A DNA stretch of 64,000 nt from positions 70,248,001 through 70,312,000 of the forward strand of contig NC_086108.1 in assembly GCF_963921235.1 (NCBI RefSeq), given 5' to 3'. This DNA is from Mobula hypostoma (lineage: Eukaryota). Position 1 is the first letter of the stretch, and each line of letters opens with the position of its first letter. Of this stretch, positions 51,491-64,000 are shown piece after piece. A program made the position numbers and the translations under genes. The notes beneath the pieces were generated by a model. That model did not search any database and had not been told where the DNA came from. It saw only the letters and a list, made by a program, of their open reading frames with translations.

Positions 51491-52969
51491 ACCGGAAAGC
51501 AAAGCAAGTTAGGTGGTGAGGTGAATTCTTGTGTGTGGAGGCTGAGTGGTGGGTGATGTAAAAGCAAACGGCAGATCTTATGATTACAGAGGCTGGTCTC
51601 CATAATCAAGTTTTGGGTCTTTTTCTTTCTTGTATTCTTTTGGAAATTGTATATTATCTTCTCAAGGACATGCACAGAGATCATGTCATATGATCTTATT
51701 GGTAGATAAGTGATTACATGATCCATTTCTGCTTTTAAAGATTTACCTGGCCACTTTGTTGCTCCGGTCCAGTATCTGTTAATTCTATTTGATTTTCCAT
51801 ATTTCATTTTATTGATTATTCACCTTTCTAATAAATAGTTTTCAGGTGATTATTCTGTGTGCTCCATTTCTAGCGTGTCACTTTTTTTTATTTTATCCCA
51901 AAGTTGTCTGTTTAAACTAACAGTCATCATTAATGCCTTTTCATAAATTCTAATCTGTGTACTTTAAGCATTTTGTGTTTTATTTCAGATTTCAAGCATT
52001 TGTACTTTGTTTCCTCTAATCCCTAATTAAACCAGTAAAATCAAGAATTGGCTACTTTTCATTTGACCAAGAAGGTTACGCGGAGATCTAATAGTTACTC
52101 AAAATTCAGAAGTTTTGATAACGTATATCGGGAAAAGTATTTTCACTGGTGAGTTAACAATCAAGGGCGTAAATTAAGATATAAAAAGGATGAAGGAAAG
52201 TGGTTAAGAAAAATAATGCAGAGGCTTAGGCTGTGGAATGCCTTACGAAACGTGGTAGAAGTGGAATCTTGAATAACTTACAAAAAATATTAAAATTTGT
52301 AGTGTATTAAATGTTGTGGGACTGTTGACAGCTTTATTAGAGAGCTGGAGCAGGTGCAGCAGCGACATTTACATAAAATTGTTAAATAGCATTCATGAAT
52401 CTATCTGAAATAATAGTTTCTGTAACTCAGCTGAGTTTTTATAATATTTTAGTCCTTCAAGTTCCAGTACTAAAATTTTCCCAAATTTAAAACATTTGAT
52501 TTTTTGTGACATGGAAAATCAAATTTGACTGGACATTCTATGCATTGCTTTTGCATCAGTGAAGAAACACTTCATGGAAATTTAATGTTCAGCTGAATGA
52601 CCTTCATTATGACAGTTATTTGTTTTTAAAAATGTCCTAGTTAATGCTACATTTTAAATGTATTGAATCCTTTGTGTTATTTCAAATAAATGCTTTATCT
52701 GTAACTATGCTTACATGAATATGTTTTGGGGTCACTAATATAAATGAATGGGAAATTGATTTAAGTTTGAAATACCACTTTTGCTGATTACTTTTTGGGT
52801 TTTGCTTTGTTGGAGTCTTTGAATTTCCCCGGTCCTGTACTCACCACTATAATCACTAAACAAGTACATTCAAATGAGTGTTTTATGCATTTAACAAGAA
52901 TAAATTATAAAAGCAAACAAATAAGTAAATTTACATTGGTGATAACATCTGAATTTTTTCTCCTTTCAG

Positions 52970-55116
52970 ATGAGACGGAGTCCCCAAGTGTATTTGAGGC
53001 AAAGTGGAGTCAGATTTTGGATCCACCCTCTCACCTGCTGTCTTTAAATCCAGCCTTGTCTAATGTCAATGTTGGAGCTTTATCCAATGAGGTGCAAGCA
53101 AAACTAAAATGCTGTGCTTCACCCAACACAGAGATTTCAGTCTTTGGGGGAGGGGATCACTGCCTTAATGGAAATGATTCCACAGAAAGCCTAGGACTCG
53201 ACGTTCATTGGATTAATGATGAAGGAGCTCCTGTGGATAACAAAAGCAATTGTAGCCATTGGCCAAACTTTAAATCATCAGTGAAGTCTGCTTGTGAACA
53301 TGAACTAACTCCTTCTGAAGATATGAATTCTTCAGGTATATTTGGGATAATTGTACAGAATTCTGACTGTCAGTTGGAACAGTGTAGTGACCTTTTGGAG
53401 GAAGATAACACAAATAGTCAAAATGCATTGAATGTTAACAGTTTTTTGGTAGAAAGCTCAAATCCGCAAAGTGGACCATTATTATCTGCTGTGAATGGCG
53501 ATTCTGAGAAGGCAGGTAAAATGAAAAGTATTAAACAATTCAGCACACCCTGTGGAGACGAGTTATCTGTGAAATCTTCACTTGGAAATTTAGTGAACTG
53601 TACAGATTTAGAAAATGTATCGCCTAATTCAAAAGAGTCTTGGAGAGCTGATGATTTGTCAGTTATTTGTGAACAGACTGAATTGTCTGGATTGGATGGT
53701 GCTGCTGTTACAAACAAATTAAGTGATTCAATCTCTAGAAAAACTGAAACAAATGATACAATTACTGAGCTAGAAGATGAGTCAATGCAGGTTAAAAATA
53801 ATTTTGTTGTAAAAAGTGGAGATGATTTGGATGACTTGGCAAAAACAATGATATTGGGTGATCTGGATAATTTTACTGGGATCAAAATAGACTCTGAGAC
53901 AGCACAATCCCAACAGTGTGGGTCCTGTTCTGACAATAGGCAGCCAAATTTGATTGCAGTGCAATGTAATTCCACAAATAATGGCAATTGTGGAAATGAT
54001 GAACACCATTTTGAAAATGACAACAGTACAATGAGTATAAGTGATGAAATGGCTGTTTGCCAAAAAACTAGTGACATTTTGTTCACGCAGAGTGACTTAT
54101 CTAATCGCTCAAATAAAATGTCGTCATCTCAGACGGACACAGCAATTGATCGGTTAACTCCACACACAAAGCAAGTTAGTCATGAAGGACTGGAAGGAAA
54201 GAATAGTGAGATTGTTTTAGATCTAACAAAACCAGTGACGGAATCTGCAATGTCGAATGACGATTGGTTGCAAAGGTCTTCTCCTTTGTGTGCTGACATG
54301 AAAAAGACGGTGTCAACATCTTGCTATTCATGTGATGTATTAGACTCTCTGTCAATTTCTAATTCAACAATGGCTTGTGTTTCTAAATCTTTGCCTTTAA
54401 AAGAAGATTCAGTAACTGAAGAAAAGGAAAGAGAGGAGAGCAAATCAGAAAGTTGCTTCATTCAACACCAAGAAAGCAGTGCAGTGGAACCTGGAATAGC
54501 TAATGATATGACCAGATTAAGTATTTCTACAGATATTGCAGAGCAGTTGAGAGACAACTATTTTAACACCCCCAGTCCATCTGCTGCAATAACTGGTGCA
54601 CAGGATGAGGCAGAAAAATTAGCTTTAAATAATGCACAGTCTGCTAGTATTCCATTTGGAGGTGCGAGACCGAAGCAACCTTTGAATTTGAAACTACAAA
54701 TCCCAAAACCTTTGACCAACCAATTATTGAATGACTTGGGCTCAAGTAACCCTGCACAAAATACAAAAAATAAAAATATCGGTTTCATTGATAAAACAGA
54801 ACCGTCTGAAGATTCCTGTTTGTGTGCTTTGAATGATGGTAATTCAGTTCCAGATTGCAGCAATGATGTTGATGACTTTGGAGCGTGTTATTCTGGTGAT
54901 TCCAAAGATATCAACTCAGACTATGTTGTAGAATCTGAAAGTCCAAATAATGACCTGCGAATTGGACAGTTTCCAGGACTTCTCAAAAAGCCATTTACAA
55001 GCTTGGGTGATGTTGCTCCAGTATGGGTACCAGATTCCCAAGCACCTAACTGCATGAAATGTGAGATGAAGTTTACATTCACAAAGAGACGTCATCACTG
55101 CAGAGCTTGTGGAAAG
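52970..55116 (+). CDS. ZFYVE9: ZFYVE9 (SARA) large coding exon, 2147 nt, ending in the first half of the FYVE zinc finger
   Basis: Lies within ORF 52795..55242. Acceptor ttttttctcctttcag| ends at 52969; donor AAG|gtgagt at 55117. Starts DETESPSVFEAKWSQILDPPSH and contains LPLKEDSVTEEKE and PFGGARPKQP. Ends with the FYVE signature WVPD..C..C..F..TKRRHHCRACGK (WxxD, RRHHCR). No further ZFYVE9 exon was recognised in the window. Confidence 0.95.
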
Positions 55117-55579
55117 GTGAGTTGTCTTTTTGGTTATGAAATCAGTTTCAAGCCTGATATAAAAAGGCTTAGAGTTTTTTTCACAAGTGATGAACTTTGG
55201 GGAAACCACCAGAGAATACATTTCAGTTTGAGAAGTTGTTAAATGCAGGTGTCTTTATTATAAAGAGGAAATAGCTTGTACTTTAACTCCAGACTGCTGC
55301 TTAAAAACGCTGATGCACAAGAACAGCACAAAGGGTAGCTAATGTTAGTTATATTTCCTTCTCCGGTGGCATCCGTTGGATTTCTTCACAGATAATGGAT
55401 TATATAGCACAGTAAACCATGGATAATCCGTTATGTTATCCAGTGGTTTGGTATCTGGTTCATTGGGTTCTTTTTCCCACATTCTCTTTAAACTCACTGG
55501 ACACCTCTTTTCCACACTCTTTAAATTCACTGCATTCTTTGCAAAATTGATAGTTGATCAGGCTCCCAAGATTTATGGG

Positions 55580-58500
55580 TTGTGGATAGGGCTTTAAACT
55601 AAATAGCAAGGGAATGGGTTCAACAGATTGGAGAAGTATGGATAAAGTAAAAGAGACAAGTGTGGATAAAGATAAAGTAAAAGCAAAAGTTAAGGGTGGA
55701 GTGCAAAAAGTTAAGTGCAAAAGAGACAAAGATTACTAGTTTTTAAAAGCACAATGAGAGTAAGGGCACTTTATCTGAATGCCCATAGTATTCGAAACAA
55801 GGTCAGTGAACTTGTGGCACAAATCAGTAAAAAGGGGTATGATTTAGTGGCCATTACAGAAATATGTTTGCAGGGTGGAGAGGATTGGGAATTAAATATC
55901 CAAGGATATCAGGTAATCCAGAAGGATAAGCAGGAAAGTAAGGGAGGTGGGGTATTGTTCTTAATTAAGGATGAAATCAGGGCAATAGTGAGCGACGATG
56001 TAAGACCTAAGGAACAGAATGCTGAATCCATCTGGTTAGAGATTAAGAATAGGGTAAAGGGGAAAAAAATCACTAGTGGGAGTTGTCCATAGGCCACCAA
56101 ATAATAACATAACAGTGGTATAGACAATAAACAGAGAAATATCTGAGACATGTAAGAATGGAACAGCAGTTATCATAGGGGACTTTAACTTGCACATAGA
56201 TTGGGTGAATCAAGTTGGTCGAGGCAGTCTTGAGGAGGACTTCATAGAATGCATAGTGATGGCTTTCTTGAACAGCATGTTACCGAACCTACAAGGGAAC
56301 GTGCTGTCTTGGATCTGGTCCTGTACAATGAGACAGGTAAAATTAGCAATCTAGTAGTTAAGGATCCTCTTGGGAAGAGTGATTACAGTATGATTTCTCA
56401 TACAAATGGAGGGTGCAATTGTTTGATCTAAAACCAGTGTATTATGCCTAAACAAGGGAGACTGCAACAGGATGACGGAGGAGTTGGATAGGGTAAACTG
56501 GGAACACAGGCTATATGGTGGGACGGCTGAGGAACAGTGGAAGACTTTCAAAGAGATTTTTCACAGTGCGCAACAAAAGTATATTCCAGTTAAAAGCAAG
56601 TACAGTAAGGGTGGGGAGAACCAGCCATGGATGACTAAGGAAATAAAGGAAGGCATCAAACTAAAAGCTCATGCATACAAAGTCACTAAGAGTAGTGGGA
56701 AACTGGAAGATTGGGAAAATTTTAAAAAGCAACAAAGAATCATTAAGCGAGGAATAAAAGGGAAGATTATGAAAAATAAATGAGCACAAAATATAAAAAC
56801 GGTAGTAAAAGTTTTATCATTATATAAAGTGGAAAATGATGGCTACAGTGAATGTAGGTCCCTTATAGGACGAGAAGAGGGAATTAATATTGGGTAATGA
56901 GGAAATGGCCAAGGCTTTGAATGACTATTGTGTGTTGGTCTTCATGGTGGAGGACATGTTTAACACACTGAAGAGAGCGGTTGTGGATGCGATGGGAGGT
57001 GAGGACCTCGATACAATAGCTGTCACTAAAGAGGTAGTGCTGAGCAAGCTTGTGGGCCTGAAGACAGAAAAGTCCCCTGGTCCTGATGGAATGTATCCCA
57101 GGGTACTGAAAGAAATGGCAGAGACTTTGGCTTTTCTGCAACTTAATGTGAAAAAGACTAAGGAGCTGGTGGTAGACCTGAGGAGAGCTAAGGTACTGGT
57201 GACCCCTGTTTCCATCCCGGGGGTCAGTGTGGACATGGTGGAGGATTACAAATACCTGGGGATACGAATTGACAAACTGGACTGGTCAAAGAATACTGAG
57301 GCTGTCTACAAGAAGGGTCAGAGGCGTCTCTATTTCCTGAGGAGACTGAGGTCCTTTAACATCTGTCGGACGATGCTGAGAATGTTCTTCGAGTCTGTGG
57401 TGGCCAGTGCGATCATGTTTGCTGTTGTGTGCTGGGGCAGCAGGTTGAGGGTAGCAGACACCAACAGAATCAACAAACTCATTCATAAGGCCAGTGATGT
57501 TGTGGGGATGGAACTGGGCTCTCTGATGGTGGTGTCTGAAAAGGGGATGCTGTCCTAGTTGCATGCCATCTTGGACAATGTCTTCCATCCACTACATAAT
57601 GTACTGGTTGGGCACAGGAGTACATTCAGCCAGAGACTCATTCCACCGAGATGCAACACAGAACGTCATAGGAAGTCATTCCTGCCTGTGGCCATCAAAC
57701 TTTACAACTCCTCCCTTGGAGGGTCAGACACCCTGAGTCAGTAGGCTGGTCCTGGACTTATTTCCTAGCATAATTTGCATATTACTATTTAATTATTTAT
57801 GGTGCAACTGTAACGGAAACCAATTTCCCCCCCGGGATCAATAAAGTATGACTATGATAATTTACCGAAATTTTCTGGATTCAGGGCCGGTCCCAGAGGA
57901 TTGGAAGAAGGTGAATGTCACACCATTGTTTAAAAAAAGAACATGGGTATCAGGCAGGTAACTATAGGCCAGTTAGTTTAAACCCTGTAGTTGGGAAAAT
58001 GCTTGAAGCTATCAAGAAATAACAAGGCATCTGAAAAGAAATGGATCCATTGTGCAGACGTAGAATGGATTCAGCAAAGGCAGGTCCTGTTTGACAAACT
58101 TACTGGAGTTCTTTGAGGATATAACGAGTTGATAGAGGGGAACACATGAATGTTATTTACTTGGATTTCCAGAAGGCCTTTGATAAGGTACTGTGTGAAA
58201 GACTTATCCATAAGATAAGGATACACAGAGTTGGAGTTGATGTATTAGCATGGATAGAGGATTGGTTAACCAATAGAAAGCAGAGAGTTAGGATACATGG
58301 GGGTTTCTCTGGTTGGCAATCAGTGGTGAACGGTGTGCTGTAGGGGTCAGTGCTGGGCCTGCAATTGTTCAGGATATATATTAATGTTCTAGAAGGGGGG
58401 GGGACTGATTGTAGTGTATCTAAGTTTGCTGATGGTATTAAATTGAGTGGAAAGGCAAATTTTGCGGAGGATACAGGGAGTCTACAGAGTGATATAGATA

Positions 58501-59268
58501 GGTTGAGTAAGTGGGCAAGGGTTTGGCAGATCAGATTATTACTTAAATGGTAAAAGGTTGCAGCATGCTGCTGTATAGAAGGACTTGCAGTGCTTGTGCA
58601 TGAATTGCAAAGGGTTGGTTTGCAAGTGCAGCAGGCTGTCACGAAGGCATATGAAATGTTGGCCTTCATTGCTAGAGGGATTGAATTTAAGAGCAAGGAG
58701 GTTATGCTGCAACTGTACAGGATACTGATGAGGCTGCATCTGGAGTACTGCGTGCAATTCTGGTTTCCTTACTTGAGGAAAGATGTACTGGCTTTGGAGG
58801 TGGTGCAGAGGAGGTTCACCAGATTCTCGAGATCAGGGGTTAGGACGATGAAAGGAGATTGAGTCACCTGGGACTGTACTTGCTGGAATTCAGAAGAATG
58901 AAAGGAGATCTTATAGAAACATAAAATTATGAGAGGGATATATAAAATGGAGGTGGGAAAGTTGCTTCCACTGGTAGGTGAGATGAGAACTAGGGGACAT
59001 AGCCTCAGATTCAGGAGAGTAAATTTAGGATGGAGATGAAGAGGAACTGCTTTTCCCAAAGAATGGTGAATCTGTGGAATTCTCTGCTCAATATATTTAA
59101 GACAAGGTTGGATAGATCTTTGCATAGTAGGGGAATTAAGGGTTATGGGGAAAAGGCAGGTAGGTGGAAATGAGTCAATGGTCAGATCAGCCATGATTCT
59201 ATTGAGTGGCGGAGCAGGCTGGACTGGCCAGATGGCCTACTCCTGCTCCTGTTTCTTGTGTTCTTATA
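55580..59268 (+). mobile_element. Decayed CR1 LINE (end of ORF1, ORF2, 3'UTR) with a nested Rex-like insertion
   Basis: LYLNAHSIRNK..AITE, EPTRERAVLDLV, KSPGPDG, YLDFQKAFDKV, FADG, HLEYCVQFW. Tail ttcttgtgttcttat. Confidence 0.9.
57131..57854 (+). mobile_element. Rex1/Babar-like LINE 3' fragment
   Basis: LQLNVKKTKELVVD..YKYLG..RLYFLRRLRSF..SFLPVAIKLYN. Tail aataaagtatgactat. Same family as 30050-30581. Confidence 0.85.
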
Positions 59269-61430
59269 ATCCTAGTACATTTAAGACTGCCAGCAGTACC
59301 TTTGTTGCAATGTGGATATTGTCTATTTCTTTTAATCCATGAGCTTTTCCATGGAAAATACAGATGAGGAATATTCATTTAACAATTTGTCAATCTCCTT
59401 TGGTTCTATATCTGAGAAGAATATTAATCCATAAGGTTCTTGTTCCTTAGTTGCCATTTTGCGCTTCATATACTTGAAGAATCTCTTGGGATTTCCCCTT
59501 TTTATTTTGTCTGTCAATGCTATCTCTTTATACTGTTCAAATTTCCCTCTTAAGTGTACTACTGTATCCATTGTACTCCTTAAGGGACTTGCTTGATACC
59601 ATCTGCCTATGCCTGACATCATCTTTTGCCTGTTACACTGCTGGCATTTAGGGCAGCAAAGGAGATCCTCCATCTCTGGTGGTGTTCATGGCTTCCTCTT
59701 AGTTTTGCCTATTGTCAGTCTTGCACGTCTGGGGTGAGGACTCAGGAATATCACCATACTCAGAGGATTTCTTTCCATAAGAGTTTTGTTTTACCAGTCA
59801 GGGTTGTTAGCCCCGAGCTGAACCCCCAAACCTGGAAGATCTGTGGACCACTCTTAGTCTGGCCTCTACCCTTTGACCGGTTTGGCATGAGTGACCCTAT
59901 CAAGAGCCAAAGCATAAAGTCCTGACTCCAGCCAACATAGCTCTCCAAGTCATTGAAGCACACATACCTTTAAATTACTACAAGGTTGTGGTTCTTGTGG
60001 AGGTATGCCTGACATATGCTTCCTTTATTCCTGACCAGTGCCTCAATTACCCTTGTCAACTAGGGCACTATAATCCTTTTCTTTTCCATCATGAATATGT
60101 TATCCCTGAGCTTTTCGTTTTCTCTTTTAAAAGCCTCGCTTTTGCCAAATGTCCAGAAGACCACAGAAACAGGAGCAGAATTGGGCTATTGTCTGTTCTG
60201 CCATTTGATCATGACTGATTTATTTTCATAGTTGGATAAATGTACTTTGGGATGTATTTAATAAAAAAAATACAATAATTTGTAGATGTAATTTTAATTT
60301 CTCTGTACTGAAATTTAGTTCGATTATGTGTACAGAGGAGCTGTTTATGCCTTGACAACCAATGTTTTCAGCCTCAGTGAAATAAATGTTCATGTTTACA
60401 AACAAAACAGCACATAAACAGGTCATTTGGCCTACTTGATCCAGGCCACCCTGATCTCATACAATTTATCTGCAGGGGGCCCATATCCCTTCAAACCCCT
60501 CCCATCCCTGTGCTCATCTTTAGAAGTTACAATAGAACTGGCATCTACCACTTCTACTGGCAGCTTATTCTACACACATACCATCCTCCTAAGTGAAGAA
60601 ATTTCACCTTAGATTCTCCATGACCCATGACCTCTAGTTCTAGTCTTAACCCAATCTGGGGCGGGGTGGGGGGGCGCGGTAGGCATGCATGCATTCACCC
60701 TGTTTATCCCCTTCATAATTTTTTTTTGTACAGTATCTCTGTGAGGTCTCCTCTTGTACTCTTGCACTCTAGGGAATAAATTCCTAACCTTTCAATCTTT
60801 CCCTATAACTCAGGTTCTCAAGTCCCAGTAATGTCCTTGTAAATATTCTCTACACTCTTTCAAGCTTATTAATACCTTCCCTTTAGGTATGTACACAATA
60901 CTCTAGGTCAGGCCTCTCCAACATCTTGTACAGCTTAACATAACATTCCAACTTGTGTACTCACTGTCTTGATTTATGAAGGTCAATATACTAAAAGCTC
61001 TACCTGTGATGCATTTTTAAGGAAACGTGGATCTGTATTCCCAGATCTCTTTGCTATACTGAAACAGATTTATTCATTATTGCTGTTCTAGATTTATAGT
61101 TAATGCTGCATTATGGCTTTTATCCAAAAATATTGAACTATGTATTTGTGGCTATGGATTAATAACAAATATGCTTTAATGTTTAAGGTGATCAGAATTT
61201 CTTTGAGGGATAATAGTATTGGAGTTTGTAAATGCTGCTGTGCAATTTGAATTTTATCAATGCATGCTCCCCTTTCCCTTTTAAAAAATATTCTGTATCA
61301 ATGATTGAATGAAGGCAGGTAGGATTTTTTTGAAATTTCAAGATTTAAGCAATAGTGATTTGAAACTTTATATGTGCTGTAAGTTGGAATAATATTATTT
61401 CAACTTAATATTCTATATTGCTGATCTATA

Positions 61431-62082
61431 TTGTGGATCAGCAAGATAAATTATTAAGTTGAAATTGTCACAACTATTTCAATTTGCATTAGTTATGTTC
61501 AATAAAGTGTGTATTGGTCCAGGAGAGAATACTAATTTTGGTTTGCTTAGCTGTTTAGATGAATTTGGAGGATCTTGCAAAAACTGTATTGATGTTACTT
61601 TTCCAGTGCTTTAGATGCCTACCAAAGTGCTGAGATGCAGTGGAAAAAAATTGTCTTGCATACTGTTCATACAAATCATATTATTAGAAAATAGCAATGC
61701 AGAATTAAGTGTAACAGCTCTATCTCATCCCATAATTAGCTCCTATTAAATTACCCTTCTTAAAAATATTACTTTCAGCATAATATGTCAAACTGTATAA
61801 TATGAAAATTTAAATGGCTTGTGCTCCATTTTTGCTTGAAGTATTTAGAATACGAATAATTTAAACTTTATGCATTGAAATCCCTTTTTTGTGGATCAGC
61901 AATATAGAATATTAAGTTGAAATTGTCACAACCATTTCAATTTGCATTAGCTATGTTCAATAATGGGTGTATTGGTCCAGGAGAGAATACTAATTTTGGT
62001 TTGCTTAGCTGTTTAAATGAATTTGGAGGATCTTGCAAAAACTGTATTGATGTTACTTTATCAGTGCTTTAGATGCCTACCA
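61431..62082 (+). repeat. ~194-bp direct duplication (61431-61624 and 61889-62082)
   Basis: Both copies run ttgtggatcagcaa...gctttagatgcctacca with only scattered mismatches. Confidence 0.9.
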
Positions 62083-62549
62083 TAATTAGTCTAGGTTTCA
62101 GACGCACATGAAAGAGCAAGGATCATTGCTGCCTGGCTGACTATGATTCTGAAGTCTCAACCTTCAAGTATCCTTTCCTCCTTCAACCAAAGGTTGTGCT
62201 AATTCATTAGTGGTAGTGAATTTTATTATCAAAGCTAGTCTTCGCTGAGATTAAGATGTGGATTATTTTGTTAGGGATCAATTTGGTGCAGCAGGAACAG
62301 GCTGTATAAGCCTTTTGCATTTTGAGTGTCAGGCCCGATCTCTTGTACTCTTTGTTTTCCTATCTGACGCCAGACTTCCAAGGCAAATGCTCTATTCCAA
62401 GCTCTCATGGGAAGAGATTATCAGCTGGACAGAGGAAACAATTCATGGATATGTTCAAAGACATCTTAAAGAAATTCAACCTCTCCTAGCAATTTTTGAC
62501 TCATGACTGCTGAAATTGGATTAGCTGAATTTGAAACAGAAGGTTCTAC

Positions 62550-63625
62550 AGAAGATGGAAATCCAGAGCAACACACACAAAATGCTGGAAGAACTCAGCA
62601 GGTCAGGCAGCATCTATGGAGAGGAATAAGCAGTTGGCGTTTTGGGCTGAGACCCTAAAGGGAGGACTGGAAAGGAAGGGGGAAGAAACCAGAATATTTA
62701 AGCATGGGGAGGGGAAGGAGTGCGAACTAGAAGGTGATGGGTGAAGCCAGGTGCGTGGGGAAGGGGGTAATGAAGGAAGAAGCTGGGAGGTGATGGGTGG
62801 AAAAGGTAAAGGGGTAGAGAAGAAGTAATCTAATAGGAGAGGAGAGTGTACCATGGGAGAAAGGGAAGGAGGAGGGTCACCATGGGGAGGTGATAGGTAT
62901 GTAAGGGAGAGCCAGTGTAGGGATTTGGAGAAGGGGAAAGAAAAATAATCAGAATGAGGAATCAGTGTTCATGCCATCAGGTTGGAGGCTACCTTGGTGC
63001 TCCTCCATCCTGAGATTGGCCTTCCCTCATTGTGACAGAAGATGAAGCCGCGGACCAACATGTCAGAATGAGATTGGTGATAGGAATTAAAATGGTAGGC
63101 CACCAGGGAATCCTATTTTTTTGCGGATATAATGAAGATACTTGGCAAAGCAGACTTTCAAGCTACGTCAGGTCTCACCAATGTAAAGGAGGCCACATCG
63201 GGAGCACTGGATACAGTAGACGTCCCCAAAAGATTGACAGGTGCAGTGATGCCTCATCTTGAAGTTCTGTCTGAGGCCCTGAATGGAGTTGAGTGAGGAG
63301 GTGAATTGGTAGTTGTAGTACTTCTTACAGGAATAAGTGCCAGAAGGAGGATTGGTGGGAAGGGATGAATAGTCAAGGGAACCACGGAGGGAGCGATCCC
63401 TGTGAAAAGTGGGGGGGGGGGAGTTGTGGGGGAGAGATTAAGATGTTTGATAGTAGGGTCCTGTTGAGGATGATTGAGGTTGCAGAGAATGATGTGATGG
63501 ATGCAGAGACTCATGAGCTGACAGGTGAGGACAAGAGAAACTCTCTGCATTAAGGTGGTGGGAAGAATGGATGAGCATGGATATCTGGAAAATGGATGAG
63601 ATGCAGTTGAGGGCAGTTTCAATGG
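62550..63625 (-). mobile_element. Old Penelope-like element remnant
   Basis: Reverse complement aligns by eye to 48509-49457 (atgccatcaggttggaggctacc, ggaggccacatcgggagcac, ctcagcaggtcaggcagcatctatgg). Confidence 0.78.
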
Positions 63626-64000
63626 TTGTTAGTAGAATTTGGGATGGGATTAAGAACCTCCAAGGCCATGAATCAGGAATACACAAAAGGCTCTGTAAGT
63701 AGTAGATGGAACATAAACAGCCCATTGTCTGCTCCATCAGCTAACACTGGTTCTGTTTGATAGAAGAGTCTGCTGTTTACACATTGGCCCCACAGGACTG
63801 AGTAGAAGCAACTCACCTTTGATCCCTAAAGACTTACTGGGAAGAAGTATTGTTAAAGTTCAAACTACATTTATTATCAAAGTACATATACTATATACAA
63901 CCTTGATATTCATCTCTTTACAGGCAGTCACAAAACAAACCCATTACAATCAATTTAAGAAAAATATTAAACCCCCAATGTGCAGGGGGAAAAAAGAAAC

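Noticed and set aside
52795..52969. N-terminal 58 aa of the 815-aa ORF (MGFALL...)
   Set aside because: TTG start in intronic sequence upstream of a strong acceptor. The true N-terminus comes from exon 37774-37843.
37774..55116. ZFYVE16 (endofin) as an alternative identity
   Set aside because: The N-terminus MENYFQAEAFNLDKVLDEFEQNEDE and the ILDPPSH motif fit ZFYVE9.
56890..57558. 222-aa ORF as a novel fusion protein
   Set aside because: Accidental in-frame junction of CR1 ORF2 and an inserted Rex-like fragment, with stops nearby.
62631..62670. Hammerhead position in the old minus-strand Penelope copy
   Set aside because: Stem remnants are present but both core boxes are destroyed (CUGANGA to CUCCCUUU, GAAA to AAAA); not functional.
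1..64000. Prokaryotic systems (CRISPR arrays, operons, retrons), rRNA or true tRNA genes
   Set aside because: The sequence is vertebrate intron/exon DNA. All RT ORFs are LINE-derived, no regularly spaced repeat-spacer arrays were seen, and tRNA-like boxes occur only in decayed SINE heads.

Overview
Vertebrate genomic DNA, most likely from a cartilaginous fish (inferred from the CR1, V-SINE, Rex1 and Penelope repeat repertoire). It covers the 5' part of ZFYVE9 (SARA) on the + strand. The supported exons are a candidate non-coding exon (22471-22600), the first coding exon (37728-37843; ATG at 37774, MENYFQAEAFNLDKVLDEFEQNE) and a 2147-nt exon (52970-55116) that ends inside the FYVE domain. The rest is intron packed with mostly decayed and often nested transposons: CR1 LINEs, two full-length L1-clade LINEs with TSDs, Rex1/Babar-like 3' fragments, Penelope-like elements, Tigger and hAT DNA elements, V-SINEs and a large TG/TA microsatellite. 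The most notable non-coding signals are minimal hammerhead-ribozyme motifs in the Penelope-like 3' ends. One copy is an inverted-repeat insertion whose second arm starts at the predicted self-cleavage site. All calls come from reading the sequence; no database searches were run.
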